Shown: positions 57,771 to 64,000 of the stretch, piece after piece
Position numbering within the stretch: position 1 is the stretch's first letter
Layout of the letters: every line of letters starts with the position of its first letter
Origin: the human T2T-CHM13v2.0 reference genome, Homo sapiens
NCBI RefSeq assembly: GCF_009914755.1
Contig: NC_060947.1
Strand: one strand, 5' to 3'
Length of the DNA stretch: 64,000 bases
Notes under the pieces: generated by a model
The model's input: the letters and a program-made list of their open reading frames with translations, nothing else
Databases searched by the model: none
Told to the model about the DNA's origin: nothing
Position numbers and translations under genes: made by a program

Positions 57771-58341
57771 GACAGCACTCTTGACATAATCAGAATATAT
57801 TATCTAAAATTTATGTTATTTTTGAATGAGATATGTAATAATAATTTTAGCATTTTAAGTTCAACAATAAATATAATTGTACTTTCCCATTTGTTTATCA
57901 GTTTAAAATAAACAATGCTTATGAGACTTGATGTCCAAAATGGTAACCACCTGAATTTCAGGGATCATGTGAATTATTTCTGTGCATTTAGTGCCTATAA
58001 AAATGCCTGGTCTTAACTAGACACCCTATACATATTGTTAGAACAGGAAAGAATTGGATCAAAAAGGACAATGATATTACTAATACATTAACACATTATA
58101 TGTGGGCTAGCATGAGTAGATTATCATTCATTTAAGGTTTACTTGTGTTGTTATACAATTATTGAAAAAATACACATTAAGTAACTAAAATATCATATTT
58201 TAATAAATGTTACTCTGAATTTGACTTAGGTCTGCAAAAAATGTTAATGATATTGACCATGGTTGACAAAGACAGTTATTGATTTCACTTAAATGGCAGT
58301 TAGTGACATCAGTGTATAGAAGGCGAGAGAATAAGCATAAC

Positions 58342-58730
58342 TGTCTTAGTCCACTCCTGCTAGTATAACAAAATACCTGGGACTGGGTAATTTATAAAGA
58401 ACAGAAATTTATTTCTCACAGTTCTGGAGGCTGTAAGTACAAGAACAAGGGTGCCCACAGATTTGGTGTCTGGTAAGGGCTGCTCTCTGCTTCTGAGATA
58501 ACACCTTGTTGCTGTGCCCTCCAGAGGGGACAAATGCTGTGTACTTACATGGCAGAAAGAACATAAAAGTCAGGCAGCTCTCTGAAGACTGTTTTATAAG
58601 AGCACTAATTCATTCATGAGGGCGGAGCCATCATCACTTAATCATCTCCCAAAGGCATCTTTTAATACTATAATGTAAGTGATTCAATTTTAACATATGA
58701 ATTTTGGGGGACATATTCAGAGACCATAGC
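58342..58730. mobile_element. MST/MLT1A-type LTR
   Basis: tgtcttagtcc...gactgggtaatttataaagaacagaaatttatttctcacagttctggaggctg...accatagca. Confidence 0.85.
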
Positions 58731-59639
58731 AATAACTAATCCTATGAAACATTTTTCTAGAAGAAAAAAAGATATATGCAAGTGCAGTCAGGCCATTAAT
58801 TCAGAAAAATGTCTAAAATATTAAATAGGGTTGTTGGTTTATTTTCTTATTATTTTCAACCTTAAGATCTTGGTACTATAAGGGAAATATCATAGGTGTA
58901 GATGAAAGAAAAAACTGAGAGATACCTTCAGTTGAGGGTGACAACTGACAAAGAGGGATAAATCAGATTTCAACAACTATGTCAAAAATTATTACAATTC
59001 GGATAATTCAGAAAGTAATTTAAGCTCAGAAAAATTTAATAATTCAGGTCAGGGAATACTATTAATTTATAGCCATAAAATAAATCTATTTAGTAATGTT
59101 TCTTCAGTCATTAATAAAAAGTAAAATTAGATGTAATATACTCTGTGTTATAAAGTAACTGAAAATCAAGAGAATGCAATGAAAAGAGTTTATTTCTGGA
59201 AAATGTTTAAGACTTAATCATGCAATGAGCTTATAAAAAATGTGTTTTTTATGCATTACATGATGTCCTAAGACATATAAAATATAAAATAAATTAAAAT
59301 ACATACATAATATACAATATTTATGTCAAAGATAAGATATATTTACCTGTTTTTCAAGAGCAAAACTTAAATTTGTAAATTATATAATCATATAAAAAAG
59401 ATAAAGAATAACTAAAACGTATTTTTTACTGAATACTTTGCCATATTTGCTTTATATGTGTAATTTTTTATATAAAATATGCACAAATAAAGTTTTATCT
59501 TTCATGTCAGTCCAGTTTCTACCACAAAAAGTAACTCATATTATAGTTGGTATGCACCCATCCCATAAAAGCTTTTCAAAAATTTTTAATATCCATTCAT
59601 TCATATGCATAAACATGTATAACCATAATAATCATGGTA

Positions 59640-59900
59640 AATATAGCTGACACTTATTGAGTATAAATCTGTAAGAAGCACTGTTCTATGTACTTTACAA
59701 ACATTAATTTATTTAAGCTGTGGTAAGTAAGTCCTTATGAGGTTAATTCTAGTATTCTTATTTTAAAGACGAGGAAATTAAGGTACAGAAAGACTAAATA
59801 AATTTGCCTATGATAACACTACTAGGAATTTGAATTTGTAGAGTCAAAATTTGAACCCAGGTAGTCTGTCTCGAGATCCTGGAATTTTAACCATGAATTA
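59640..59900. mobile_element. MIR
   Basis: acacttattgag...gcactgttcta...gaggaaattaagg...tttgaacccaggtagtctg. Confidence 0.7.
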
Positions 59901-59909
59901 TACTGGTTT

Positions 59910-61200
<1,291 letters not shown>

Positions 61201-61233
61201 CCCTTTACTACCCTCACTTTTAAGGTATAATTT

Positions 61234-61690
61234 CTTTTTTTTTTTTTTGAGATGGAGTCTCGCTCTGTTGCCCAGGCTGGAGTGCAGTGGCATTATCTTG
61301 GCTCACTGCAAGCTCCGCCTCCTGGGTTCATGCCATTCTCCTGCCTCAGCCTCCCGAGCTGTATATTTTACTAGATTGATAATATTTAAGATGTTGATGC
61401 ATCATTATCTACAGCAGGTTTTGTGATAAAATTGTATTTTACAAGCTGTTCTGTTTTATGGCTATGAATGGGTATATATATATCTCATTTTATTACAGTT
61501 CTATATCTTTCAGATATAGAAAGAGTAGCTGGGACTACAGGCGCCTGCCACCACGCCCAGCTAATTTTTTGTATTTTTAGTACAGATGGGGTTTCACCGT
61601 GTTAGCCAGGATGGTCTCGATCTCTTGACCTCATGATCCACCCGCATCGGCCTCCCAAAGTGCTGGGATTACAGGCGTGAGCCGCTGCTA
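61234..61690 (-). mobile_element. AluY interrupted by a non-Alu insertion (61359-61522)
   Basis: Alu reads ...cagcctcccgag | insert | gagtagctgggactacagg. Confidence 0.93.
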
Positions 61691-61877
61691 AGTCTTTCCA
61701 CTATAAACCTTAAAGATCATACAGAATGGTGTTAGAATTTTTGCTTCAACAATCCAAGATTATTTAGGAAATGATTTAAAAAGTTAGTTTCATCTATGCC
61801 TTTTTAACTCATTCTGTTGTTTTTTTCTTTCTGAAATTCAAAGCCTTTTTCTGTTATCATTTTTTTTCTGCTTTTAG

Positions 61878-64000
<2,123 letters not shown>

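Overview
This is primate, very probably human, genomic DNA from the X-linked MAGE-B cancer-testis cluster. The protein at 8107-9150 matches my recollection of MAGEB10. Bases 1-46000 are an old tandem array of four related units, each built as [array of ~200-250 bp 5' promoter/exon modules] - [single MAGE coding exon] - [shared downstream block]. In order: the 3' tail of a paralog upstream of the window, intact MAGEB10, a frameshifted MAGEB pseudogene (18975-20016), and a second pseudogene (41123-42174) whose module array is split by ~12 kb of L1/Alu/MLT. That L1 block hides a degenerate copy of the PLIN2 last exon with its splice acceptor, intron sequence and an upstream L1 3' end, an architecture like an L1 3' transduction. 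The right third holds a processed VKORC1 pseudogene with TSDs, a Tigger2a, a 5'-inverted L1 and many Alus, one carrying a 150 bp templated insertion with a fold-back tail. I cannot support a wholly new biological system. The best leads are the PLIN2 capture, the templated insertion, mosaic (conversion-like) tracts carrying antisense splice donors, and an LTR12 aimed antisense into the cluster. Repeat subfamilies, identities and most repeat boundaries are by-eye estimates.
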